Below are positions 25,730-38,231 of a stretch of DNA of 64,000 nucleotides, piece by piece. The notes below the pieces were generated by a model that was given only the letters and a program-made list of their open reading frames with translations, was not told where the DNA came from and ran no database searches. Position 1 is the first letter of the stretch. Each line of letters starts with the position of its first letter. Origin of the DNA: Tubulanus polymorphus (lineage: Eukaryota; Animalia; Nemertea); assembly GCF_964204645.1 (NCBI RefSeq), contig NC_134034.1:13591062-13655061 (forward strand), given 5' to 3'. Position numbers and translations under genes: made by a program.

Positions 25730-28700
25730 ATGAAGATCGACATTCACAATCATATTTTACCGGAAAGATGGCCAGATTTAAAAGAAGTGAGTCTTTTTCT
25801 TCATACCAGTAATCTAGCAGGCCATTAGTTAGAATGAAGCCGTATTGATTGGTAAAATAAACAATTTCAAATAATAGATAGAATTAAATGTAAGATATGT
25901 TTGTGTGTTTAGCGTTACGGTTACGGTGGTTGGATACAGTTACAGCATCACTGTGAGGGTAAAGCCAAAATGATGAAAGACGGAACTTTATTTCGCGTGA
26001 TCGATGAAAACTGTTGGTCGCCCGAGGCCCGGATCCGTGAAATGGACGACCAGGGTACGTGGTAGTGTAGTGGGGGTTACAACGATGGAAATTAGACCTA
26101 TGCGAAAAAATTTAGATTTGGCTTTAACTTTTTATTTTTCGATTTCAGGCGTCACAGTTCAAGCTTTGTCGACCGTTCCAGTGATGTTCGCGTATTGGGT
26201 ATGTCTTCATTTCGTTATCTTTCTTTTAATGGGAAATTATTCCCTCAATCAAAACAAAACTGGATTATGTAGCACATTGTTGGTTCACATGTATCACTGT
26301 GTTTGAAAGAAGGAAGCTCTAAGGCGTAGTGAAATATTAGTCATTAACAATATGGGTTGGATATCAAAAATTTTCAAATCATCACCTGGCCCCGAAAAAG
26401 TTTAAGCCTAAAATGATTAAATTTGAATTGTTGTCCTCATTGCAGAGATGAGAATTCCCCGCGGATCCGCGGTTTCCCGCGGATTTCAGTATTGGAAAAT
26501 ATCAATTTTCCAAATAGTCCAAAAATGATGTAAAAGTATGGGGGGGGGGGTGATGATCTCACTCAATTGGTCCGGCGCGATCGGTAATCAGGTGAACCGT
26601 AAAAGCGTTCAGTGCCTGTTTTACTTATCGTCACGTAAAAGTATCGCATTTCAATGCATATTCATTGCAACACAGTGATTTTGTATGTACATTTGTACTA
26701 CGATGAGTTTGTATGTATTTTATCGATCGGTTGCAGACATGCACGCACAGCAACAGTAGTAACGTATATAGGCCTACTTACTGTTGCTGCGTGTGTGTGG
26801 CGAACGCTTTCGGATATTATACACTACTTGGTGATGATTTTTAGTGAGCATTCATCGGCGCATTTTTACTGCAATAATTCAGGGCTCGACCCGTAATGCA
26901 TGAGATGCTGAATGTCATCAAATGAGGATGTACCACATTGAAACTAGCCATTACCTTCCAAAATATAATAGTCGTTCATGGGTTCGAGATCGCTCTAAGT
27001 GCTCGGAAAACGTATTTAATTTCTAAAATTTTCTTGGGGGAGGGCCCCCAAACCGCCCCGAAATAGCTTCGCGCCTTCGGCGCTCGCTAGTGCTGACGGC
27101 TACGCCGTCAGCTGGTTCGCGTATGTCACTCAAGAAAAATAACCCGCGGATTTTACAGGTCGGCGTTCTCATCCCTGTCATTGAAAACAACCTATGACAA
27201 TTAGGCCTACACGAAAATTTTGAGTTAAACTTTTTTTTGTAAAACTGGGCCCAGCACTTGAGGGTTTAAATTAGTCAGCACTGTTGAGATTATTTTTTTT
27301 TTCAGGCTAAACCCGAGGATACGTTAGATTTATGTAAATTCATAAACGACGACCTGGCGTCGACCGTGCGTAAATACCCTCGACGATTCGTCGGTCTCGG
27401 TACCGTACCGATGCAGGCTCCCGCGCTCGCCGTTCGAGAGCTGATACGCTGCGTCGACGAACTCGGATTTGCCGGCGTTCAAATCGGTTCGCACGTCAAC
27501 GACTGGAACCTTGACGCGCCCGAACTACAACCCGTATTCGCGGTAAGAGCAGTTCTTTGATGTTACAAAAAAAATTATTTTAAGGGGTTCTGTGTGAGTC
27601 GATACTAAGCACTACGTAATCATTATTACAGTTTCAGAATAACAATTACAATTGTGAATTTTGGTGTTCGTCTTGTAATAGAATATATTTCTCTTTTTAT
27701 GTTTGATAAATTTTGATAATTGATCCACACCTTCGTTGTTGCTTTTCGCGAAAACTTATCGTTACATTATTTTATCAAGCCGGTTTGTTGTAAGCCGGCA
27801 TCAACTCGTAGGTTCTGGAATTTAAAAAGAAAAAACTGATAAGATATCGAAGGTGTCAGAAAATGACGCACGCGCCACGAGGGTTTTCTATTTGTTTGTA
27901 AGATGAGATTAGATGATAGTTCAGATAAATTGTACGAGTGATATGATATACCATACGTGTTCCGGGTCGTTAAAAGTACGCCTGCCCTTAACGCTTACCA
28001 TCATCATTTCAAGAGTGGTTTCTATACTGTTTTCAGACCTTTCCAAAATACCGCTCAAAAATGTTTCGAATTATTTCTAGGCGGCCGAGGCGAATAACTG
28101 CGCGATATTCGTTCACCCGTGGGACATGCAGTTAGACGGTCGAATGCAGAAATACTGGTTACCGTGGCTCGTCGGTACGTTCTAGATTCTATAACAGCCT
28201 GCCGGCTCTCTACCGGCCGCTTCTATCAGGGGCCAGTTGCTCAAAATTTGGTTAAAGATACCCGGCCGTTTGATACCATTGTAACAATGAAATTTCAAAT
28301 GTCACACCATATCAACTATCCACTAGTTAACTGTAACCAACTTTTGAGCAACTGGCCCCTGATAAGAAAGTGATGTCTTAATGAATGAAATGATGTCTCA
28401 TTTCATTCATTAAGTTAAAAACAACTTATGGGCATTTCGCATTTAACCCTTTCAGTGCTAAATAATTAATTTCCCATAGTGCTGGAGATAATTTGAAAAT
28501 TTGTCAAAAATTCCACCCTAGTGTGTTGAATAACGGGAATACCACTATAGTGCGTCTACACCGCGGTGCAGTGTATCGTTAGTCACTAACATTTCACTAT
28601 GTTTGACAGGTGCTGCCATTTTTCAAAAGAGATAATTACTAATCACATCAATACACAGCAGTGCGGTGTACTAGCTAAATCTATCACTGATTTATACACT

Positions 28701-30714
28701 GCACTGCGGTGTAGACGCACTGAAAGGGTTAACTAGATTTCATTAATTTGATGATGTCGTAAGGGGATTCCATGATGATGTCGTACAGGGATTTCATGAT
28801 GATGTCATAGGGGGATTTTATATAGGAATGAACTATATAGGCCTTCATGATGATGATATTGTAGTGGATATTTTACAATAGATGTATATTGTAATTACTG
28901 ACAGGAATGCCCGCTGAGACGTGCACTGCGATGTGTAGCATGATATTTGGCGGAGTTCTCGAACGGTTTCCGAAACTGAAAGTGTGTTTCGCCCACGGAG
29001 GTAAGAACTCTTCAGCCGGATATAAACGGCCATAAGGTATATAAGGATAACAAGTTAGCGATTTGTAAATATTTTTTGAACGCCGAACTACAGTAAATCC
29101 TATCAAAAGTAAGCAATTTGGAGATTTGCTTTGAACTGTGTATGTGTGGGGAAGGGGGGCTGAAAATCGAAATAAAAAAGTTAATGGAAAAATGAACTGC
29201 GGACGAAGTCAGTTATAATGCTGCCATTCTTTTTAACTGCTCATGGCTCTCACCAAACATTTTTCTGGGAAAAAATTTGTTCAACCACCATAATCAAATT
29301 CGATGGCTAAACCATTCGTTAAGATGCCATATTCTTCATTGGTCCCAACGGTGGCGTTATAAATTACTGTAATTTCAATTGTCAAAGTCATTGGTGATTA
29401 AAAGTTTGCCATAAGTGACGCTAATCACGATTTCGTTCGGCGGTAAAATTGAACGATTATTGATTTGGCCATCTGCCTGACCTCTCAATGTCGAGTACCA
29501 CTTCAATTTTACTACGCGTTACACCGATTTTAACTTCGTGATATTTATATATATATCTACTCGTTGATAACGTGGTGTAATCTGTGTCGAGGACCTGACC
29601 TCGTCGATTAGAGGTCGATTAGAATGAGACATGTGACCACAGTCACTTGTCTAACGTGCTGATTATGAGTACATTATGCAGGTGTGATCGGTGTCCCCAG
29701 CCAAAATACTTGCTATGTTTCAAAATAACTGAACCTTTAACCCTTGAACTTTCAAGTATTCTTCATTTCTTAACTTGAACCCTGTGAAGGATGAAGTTGA
29801 TTGGTAGATTGAGAAATATTGAGAAATGTTATAAAACAGAGTCATTACGGGTTTTGGAAAGTCTTGGAAAAATTTGATTTTTTTCTTGACCCTTGAAACT
29901 GGTGAACTTTGATGCCCAAAGAAAAAGGCGCTTGATTATTATGATAATCTTGATTTTCTATATTTGTTATTTTTGTAGGTGGATCGTTTCCATTTACAGT
30001 CGGTAGAATCGAACACGGGTTCAACGTACGTCCGGATTTATGCGCGACGGATAATCCGGTTAATCCTCGAGATTATCTTGGCAAGTTTTACACGGATAGT
30101 CTCGTGCATGATCCGGCAGCTTTACGTCTGCTGATTGAGGTCATCGGTGAGGTCAGTATTTGACACCAACTCGGGGTAGAATTTTACCAGTCTCAACTTT
30201 ACCGCAGTAAGAGACAGAGTCTACTGTATTTCACAAACTCTTACTCAGTATTAGACACCAACTCGGGGTAGAATTTTACCAGTCTCAACTTTACCGCAGT
30301 AAGAGACAGAGTCTACTGTATTTCACAAACTCTTACTCAGTATTTGACATCAACTCGGGGTAGAATTTTACCAGTCTCAACTTTACCGCAGTAAGAGACA
30401 GAGTCTACTGTATATCACAAACTCTTACTCAGTATTTGACGCCAACTCGGGGTAGAATTTTACCAGTCTCAACTTTACCGCAGTAAGAGACAGAGTCTAC
30501 TGTATTTCACAAACTCTTACTCAGATCGACTGTATTTGTTTTGTTTCAGGATAAGGTGATGTTAGGTACAGATTATCCGTTCCCTTTAGGCGAGCTAGAC
30601 GCTGGTAAATTGATCGAATCAATGACCGATTTCACTCCCGAACTCAAACAGAAACTTCTCTATAAAAACTGCTGCGATTTCCTCGGTATAGACCCACAGA
30701 AATTCCAAACATAA
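25730..30714 (+). CDS. ACMSD: 2-amino-3-carboxymuconate-6-semialdehyde decarboxylase
   Basis: Exons 25730-25786, 25913-26054, 26149-26198, 27306-27542, 28081-28174, 28905-29000, 29979-30151, 30550-30714. Motifs [77 protein letters not shown]. Confidence 0.97.
26443..27177. mobile_element. non-autonomous hAT-like element, 735 bp, 6-bp TSD
   Basis: TIRs CAGAGATGAGAA / TTCTCATCCCTG. TCATTG lies directly on both flanks (26437-26442, 27178-27183). ccgcgg subterminal repeats. Confidence 0.8.
28230..28358. mobile_element. MITE family B
   Basis: CAG|GGGCCAGTTGCTCAAAATTTGGTT ... AACCAACTTTTGAGCAACTGGCCC|CTG. Confidence 0.85.
28447..28728. mobile_element. piggyBac-like MITE, intact
   Basis: TTAA|CCCTTTCAGTGC ... 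GCACTGAAAGGG|TTAA. Further partial copies at about 41500-41872 and 48950-49030. Confidence 0.88.
30153..30523 (+). repeat. 92-bp tandem repeat, 4 copies (ACMSD last intron)
   Basis: Units at 30153, 30245, 30337, 30429. Same family inverted at 38840-39090. Confidence 0.95.
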
Positions 30715-31597
30715 AAACGTTGGACGCTGATCAATGACTCCGCTCCGCAGTTGTGACTTTAGTCACCAGTAGTTCATTTTCAGTTACTTAAATTCTTATT
30801 TAAGTTTAGTTCATTTTGATTGAGGTAAGGAGAGTCAGAACATTAACCCTGGCATTCTGGAGTTTCTCATATTTCTGACTGACCATATAAACCTCATAAG
30901 ATTACTGTTGTTTATATTTTCTTTTCACTACAAATGTATCTTCCCGATGACAGCTGATATCGACTACCCAAACTTACCTCATTCAACTGAGGTTTGGCTC
31001 CCGAGCATTTATGTTAATATTTTAGGGGTTCTAATATTGTCTAGACATTTGTATAAGGCTAGAAAAAGTCGATAGCTTGTTTCACATTTTTGCTGAGCTT
31101 AAAATAGACATGGCCTACCCTGACTTGCCATACATAACAACGAAAGCTAATCAGAGGATTTGATAAGTTTGAAGGTTTGTCATTGAACAACTATTTTGTG
31201 TTAAATCATCGCTACAATGGCAGATGACCTACAACACAGTATTTGAAAGTGATAGAAAAGAAATTGATCTTTTGTCAAAAACAGTAGGCCTGCTTCGATG
31301 TATATAATAAGTTAACTAGTCATGTAAATAACTTAATTGAATTAAGATGGAAAGATTGTTTTATTTGTTAAGTATGAATTCTGTTTGTTTTGTAAATACA
31401 TGTACATGAAATGATTTAATGAGGCTTTTGGGCATTATTCATTCATTTGAATGAAAAACCGGTGTCAGGTATTCAAATGTTATACGTATTTTACACGATA
31501 AATATATATTTTAGTGAATGAAATATTTCCACTTTGTTAATTAGTTTTTGACGGTAATTAGTGAAGAGTTTGGTATTAGCTACAGGCAATTAGTCGA

Positions 31598-31762
31598 GAT
31601 GATTGCTTGTAGAATCAGTTCAGATGATTGCTCATAGAATTGGTTCAGATGACTGTTCGTAGAATCGGTTCAGCAGATTGCTTGTAGAATCAGTTCAACA
31701 GATTGCTCGTAGAATCAGTTCAGCAGATTGCTTGTAGAATCGGTCCAGATGATCGCTCGTAA
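31598..31762. repeat. about 25-bp minisatellite (gattgcttgtagaatcagttcagca)
   Basis: 6-7 degenerate units. Confidence 0.85.
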
Positions 31763-32168
31763 TACAGGTATCTGTTGACTACTATAGCCTTGGACAAGAT
31801 CACGATTGATGGTGAATTTTCATTGACAGCAGATTGTCTGAGGGGGTCTTGATTATGGACAGCGGATTGGGGACGCAGGGAACAGACAGCAGATTGACAG
31901 CTGCACCATTAAGAGCTAAGAACTGCCACAACTGTTCCTGATATTCGTCCAAATTTTAGCATTGAAATACTGATAAGATATAAATGTTGGAATACAGGAT
32001 TATGCGAGATATCGTCGGACACCGCGTCGACTTCCTGGTGAACAAAATATATCTAGATAGAAAATGTTATTTTACAAAACATTTTGTATTTATTTAACAC
32101 GTATATTTACATTATTTACAAAATAATATCACAAAATATTTCAACGATCGACTATTTCGCAATAATTC

Positions 32169-35160
32169 TTACACGAGAGACGCGTCGAAACTTTCTTTCA
32201 GCGAGTCGTGTTTAGTTCGTCGTTCGTCGAGCGAGGGCGCTACGGTCAGTGAATATTCGCGGTCGGCCAGTGAATCGAGAATCGTTCGTACGTCGTCCCG
32301 CACGACGTCGATCGCGCTCAACTGTTTCGCCGAAATCGGTAAAATTCGATCGAATTTGACGAAATTTTCCGGTCGATGTTCGGCGGGTAATTCTTCAACC
32401 GATGCTGAAAAACATATTCAAATCTCTAATCATGTTTTCAAGATATTTCTTTTTCCCTTGACGACGAATGAGAGTTCCACTTCGGATTCATATCGTATTT
32501 ACTTACATTGAACATGTTTTAATTTGTCCAGCAGTTCGTCCAGTAACGCCTGTGATCCGTCTATGTCCATTTTATTGACGATTAACATCGCCGGTTTATG
32601 AACCAAATCTGGTTTATACAATTCCAACTCCTAAATGAAAACAATTCAATCAATCATCTTTACTCAGTTTTTAATGAATATATATATACTGTCAATCCCC
32701 GATATACTGCGCCTACAAACGGTTTTGGCGGTATAGAGAGTATGGCGTTATATCGGGGGCATTTTACTACGTATTTGTATAGAGATGTGCATTGTGAAAA
32801 CCTGGCGGTAGGCGGGGATGGTGGTATGTGGGAGGGTGGTAGGCGGGGGTGGCGGTATATGGGAGGGTGGTAGGCAGGGTGGTGGTATATGGGAGGGCGG
32901 TATATCAGGGGTTCACTGTACTGTCAGATTGTTGTAGTGATAATGCCACTCGTCCTAGATCCCTAAATAACATACTTACTTTATTCAGTAACATGACCGT
33001 TTCAAACACCGACCGCGACGGATATTTGAGTCCGAGTCGAAATCCGTGAACATCGACGACGAATAGATGAAGCTTCGTTCGTTCGACGTGTTTCAAAAAC
33101 CGGTGTCCGAGTCCGATATTCAAGTGAGCGCCCTCTATCAGCCCGGGCAGATCGGCGACGGAAATCTACGAATAAATAAACAACACGAAAACCAGTTTTC
33201 ATGGCGACCACCGTATTTATTTGATCTCGTCGTTTTTCCCGACTTGTTAAGAATTCCTGATCTGTAAGAACTCTGTATGTTACCTGTCGATGATCTTCAA
33301 ACTCCATAACTCCGAGTTGCGGTTGAATCGTTGTAACTGGAACAAAAATACAAATCAATCTTGAATTATGGACTTAAGACGGATGAAGAGAGCCACCATG
33401 ACTACCTACTTACACGGATAGTTGGCTATTTTTGGATTTGCTCGTGAAACTGCGGCTAAAAACGTCGATTTTCCGGCATTCGGGAACCTAAGAATTTGAA
33501 AAAAAAAATCTTTAATGAGGAATTACGACCCTGCGCAACCCGCTATCCTTCCAGACAGCTTGCGTTGATAACTAGTTAGTTACCTAATCGTTGGTGGTAA
33601 GCTTTTTATAATCGGATGAGCTTATACCATTTGGTTTGTGAAAATATCCGATCGTGAAACTAAACCACAGACAGGTTACTGACTACGTTGATGCCCTACT
33701 ACGCACTAGCGACACCTGGATCCTCACTTGCCAGAAGTGGAGAATCCTATATCGGTACAGTCGATTGCTGAGCAGCTACGAGGGATAAGTAGAATGATAA
33801 GTTTCTTACCCGACTAATCCGACATCAGCGATCAGTTTCAGATCTAGGTTGACACTAAATCCTGTCGCCCGCGATCCGATATATCCGGTGTCCGGATTAC
33901 CTCCGTCTGCTCCCTTCGCAACCAACAATCGACTATCCGGTTTGTTCAAATCACCTTGAAAAATAGATAATATGATACAGTGTAGCTGCCCGGTAGCTGA
34001 ATTGAATCGGTCACAGTCGCAAGTCAAACACACTGGGGCCAGTTTCATGGTTTTGACTTGAACCGGAATCGAAATTTCCAATTATGTACTTATTATGTAA
34101 CTCGACCAGCGACAAATCAACTACATTTTGTACTTCGATTTCTAAATCAAACCCTGTGAGATATAATCATTGATAATGAACTAATTTCACTAGAAATTTA
34201 CCTAAAGTGCGTTTAGTGTCTGTTTGTACGACGATACCAGTCGGTACTTTGATTGTGATGTCGCGCCCCGGCAATCCTTTTAACTGCCATCTCCTGAAAT
34301 AAAAGAAAAGCTGGTTACAAACGAGGTCGAGTCTGGTCTGTACCCAATTCATAGAGCGCGTCACTTCCGGAACCAGTTGCAATTCACACGCAATCATTTG
34401 ACCCGTGCTAAATTAATGAAGTACATCAATTCCACTCATTTTTTTCTAGATTTTTCTGATTCTTGAGTTTTCCAGGTTTTCCAGGTCAGTGGCCACTTGA
34501 CTATTGTTTCTAATAAAGATATCGATTTCTTTCATGAACGGATCAATAATTGAGCAGGTTGCGTCTGCAGCCCGTGGAAGAGGGGTAGAGTACACGTACT
34601 TGCTGTCTGCTCCGATGGACGCGATGAATCTCTTCGATGGATTCTCCTGATAAACTTGTTTTAACGTATAATTCTCCTTCGCGACGAGGTAAACGTCGCC
34701 GCCCTTTCCTCCTAACCCGCCATATTTCGGGAATCCTTTACCGCCGGCGCCACCTCGCACGTAGATACGCAGTTTATCCAGAAACGTTCCTTTTGCCTGC
34801 AAAATGAAATACGAAAAATGAATTGTTGAGTAGTTTTCAATTGAGGGTCCAAAACCAAATTTGCCTGTGCCTGTGGTAAAATAAGCCAAGGGCAAGGTGG
34901 GGTACTGTGGACTGTGTGGCTATGCAGGATTCCATGTATGGCAAGCGAGGATCCGCCACTAGGTTTGCGAATGGTAACCACATTTCAATTTCAATGACAA
35001 TCTTTGTATGACAGATCAAAATGATTGTCATATACAGTCACAGACTATTATTATATATGACGAATAAATTGAATTGAATTTGGTAAATCGATCTCTTTCT
35101 TACACGAAATTTCGGTTTTGGTTTGTAGATATTCAACAAAGAAACACTCAGTTGAACCAT
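32169..35160 (-). CDS. GTPBP10: GTP-binding protein 10 (ObgH2, mitochondrial Obg-family GTPase)
   Basis: About 9 exons, starting at 35160-35104 and 34796-34600, last exon 32404-32169. Obg N-terminus [31 protein letters not shown]; [21 protein letters not shown] (G1); [28 protein letters not shown] (G3); INKMD (G4). Confidence 0.93.
32689..32918. mobile_element. Tc1/mariner-type MITE with TA TSD
   Basis: TA|CTGTCAATCCCCGATATACTGCGCC ... GGGCGGTATATCAGGGGTTCACTG|TA, with an internal G-rich 30-bp repeat. Confidence 0.7.
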
Positions 35161-35702
35161 ATCTGTACTTCTGATGTTTGGCAGCCACGATATCCAATAG
35201 CAACCTGTTTTTCGAAGTTTTCCAAGCCAAAAAGACGATATTTCGATGTTTTTGCATGAAAGAATAATTTTTCGAAAATATGTTTACGACGGCTGTAACA
35301 CTTTCACAGAGCAAGTTTATCCGTACCCGATGTAATTATAATAATCGGTAAATTATTCAGTGATTATTCTACTAAAGATATGGGATAATGAGTTCTGTTA
35401 GAAAAATTAGGTGATTAAAATCAGTTTAATTGCTGTTTTCGTAATCGCCACCCGTAAACCAATTAAAATCAAGTAAGTAGTAAGGAGAATAGTCGGACAA
35501 AATAGTCCACTCGGCTATTCGAAATAAAGCCCTCGAAAATATTAAACCTGGCTTCAAAAAGCAAGAATTTTGCTGGGAATCGAAATTTGAATTATCCAAA
35601 AAAGTGATACTTCGCAAATTGACATCGAAATGAACATGACGGTGACGCGTCTTACTTGGAAACAAGGTCAATGAAATAGTGCCCGAGGAATCCCAAAATC
35701 GC

Positions 35703-35734
35703 TGACGTCATGTTTATCTATACCAGCCAATCAG
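35703..35734. promoter_or_regulatory. CRE + CCAAT composite element (GTPBP10/CREB intergenic)
   Basis: TGACGTCA at 35703-35710, then GCCAATCAG with 16 nt between CRE and CCAAT. Confidence 0.6.
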
Positions 35735-36546
35735 CGCCATGATTGATCTCGAATTTCATTCAATATCAGTAGGCCTAATTTGATTCGTGCGACTGCGATC
35801 GTTCCGTGGTCTGTGACAAGATCTTTTCGCAATAAAGAAATTACTCAAAAAAGAAAAATACTTTCAATTCGTAAGATTAGATTAAGCCTATCTTGGACTA
35901 TTTAAAAAAAAAAAAATTAAAAATTTTAAAAACCTCGAGAAGGCCAGCAGCTCCAGCTTCTCAAAATATTGAACTTATTTTCAGTTTACAGGCAGAAACA
36001 CTCAATTCCGTGTGGTTTTCATTATAGTTAAAAACTTGAATTTTATTTAAAACATATTTCGAAAGAGATGAATTCATCCGTCATGATTTTCGATCTAGAA
36101 TTTTTCGTGGAAGTTGTTTTTTCCCTCGCGCTTTTTCAAGAAATTTTAAGATGAAATTTTTAAAACGCCTATGGAATTCCATTGAAATATCTTTTCCCAT
36201 TTGCTGTTTCTTTTTATTCTTGGACAAAATCCGTGCTCCATTAATTTGTTCTTGAAAAAATCTGCCAAATAGAAAATTTAGGAAGGCCCTGCGGGTAGAA
36301 AATAAATCGATCTTGATTTAGCGGATTTCATACATTTCGCGCCATCGACACTCGCCTCCAGTGTCGATGGCGAATTTGTAAAGGACTGTGTTTCAAACAG
36401 CGCGGTCAGTCTACACCGTCATGGCTGTGTTTATAGCGCCGATTCAGAAACCCGTCGAGGGGATTGTCCACACTGCACGTAAATTCGCAAGGTGACATCA
36501 TGACATTTAAATATTGGGTCGGGAAAATGAAGCGCGCCTTATCGAG

Positions 36547-36578
36547 TGACGTCATGGTTATAGATAGCGGCCAATCAG
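36547..36578 (+). promoter_or_regulatory. CRE + CCAAT composite element, proximal CREB promoter
   Basis: TGACGTCA at 36547-36554, then GCCAATCAG at the same spacing. Additional TGACG half-sites nearby. Confidence 0.7.
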
Positions 36579-38231
36579 TAACGAGAACGGGCCAGGGACG
36601 CGTATGGATACAGCACCGGTGATCAGGTCGGCTCTTTCTCTCTGTAGATGACGCAGCTCTGACTCTACTCAGTGTGTCTACGTGTGTGTGTAATTTTGAC
36701 GTGGCCACTACGTATTCAGCAAATTTATCCACTCCGATTGCCGCAAACTTGTGACGACGAAAAGTACGTAACTGACTGGTGAGTCTTCATAACAAAACAA
36801 CGTGTCGACACGGCCGGGATCGCGCGGGGGTCTACCCAGGTCCCGGCGTCGGGGTTCGAGCCCACCTTAAATCCACCATTTCGGCTTTTGAAGCCGATAC
36901 GTAGATATTTGGGGCGAGCTTGTTGTAGTGGAGTAAAATGGCAGCGTTGCCGTTGTTTGTTGTTGGGGTGAGGATCGAATCGCGTTCGCGAGGCGGTGCC
37001 GATTAAATTAGACTACGGATTTTGAATCGATGACGAATCCGTGGTGTATTTATTTGATGATGTCACTTTAAAGTTTCGTTGCGTAGTAGAATTGAAATCT
37101 AGTAAATTAATAGACACCTCGGACTTCAGAATTTTGTCGCGCATTTCATTAAATAAAATCGAAAGAGATTATCTTATTATAGAAACTTGCTTACGATTTT
37201 AATTTAAAGATTAAGGCTGTAGGGCCTAGGCCTATGTACTTTTTTCATTTTTCTACTTAAAGAGCAAGGTCTTTTGCCCTCTTGTTTTTTTCTAGACCTC
37301 ACTTTTTTGTCCTTTTTGAAAACATTTTAACTTAAATCGCCAAGGAATCTAGAGTTGAGTAGGCTTATCACTTAGGATTATTTTCCCGAAATTTTACAGC
37401 TGCTCGACCGCTCAAGGCCCTTGTCTTGCATTCATTCCTTCTTGGTTAGGCGTAGAAGATTTAGATGTGATGGATCTGATTATTTTAAATTTCTAAAAAG
37501 ACGTTTCTATTTAATTAGATATTTTAATGGATTTTCTAATTATTTTGAATTCCAAATTTGAATTGAATATAGTTCAATTGTTTTCCTGTCCATTAAGTTG
37601 ATTACTTCAATATTTTATTAGTTATCCATTTGATCATTTTGATTTGATTTAATCTATTTTGAATGTTCATTTTTAAATCAATGTCATTGAACTTTTCAAT
37701 TTTCAAGTCTTATTATCTCAATCTATAGCCTATTATGCACTTGAGCAGGCTGATTTTCTAAAAACCCATGACATACTAATTAGCATACTAATTAATTAAT
37801 TATTACATACTAGGCTAATTAATTTTTTGTGAATCATGCATAGTCCACCTCGGCCTAACAGGGTTCCTACAGGTCGTTGTATACCCTAAAAATTCAGAAA
37901 TTCTAAAAGGGGGAAATACTCTAACATTCTGAGCTTCCCCTCATATCCCTAAAACGCCAATTTTGGAAATTGCCTCAGTAATTTTTTCCAACTCAATATG
38001 TGAATTTATCATGAACAGTTACAATGTCTATCATGGGCGCAATTCACTAAACAAGTGCTACTTTTTCCGCACTAAATAGTGCTGAAAAGAGGTAACCTTT
38101 GCCTGAACTGCTATGAACCATGTCGTTATTCTAATCAAATGTTTTCTTTATTTTTGTTTTTTGAATGCGATGTGGTTTGGCGCGGTGCAGCAGGAGGAAT
38201 TCTGTAGTTTAGTTTCGATGGTTATTAATAC

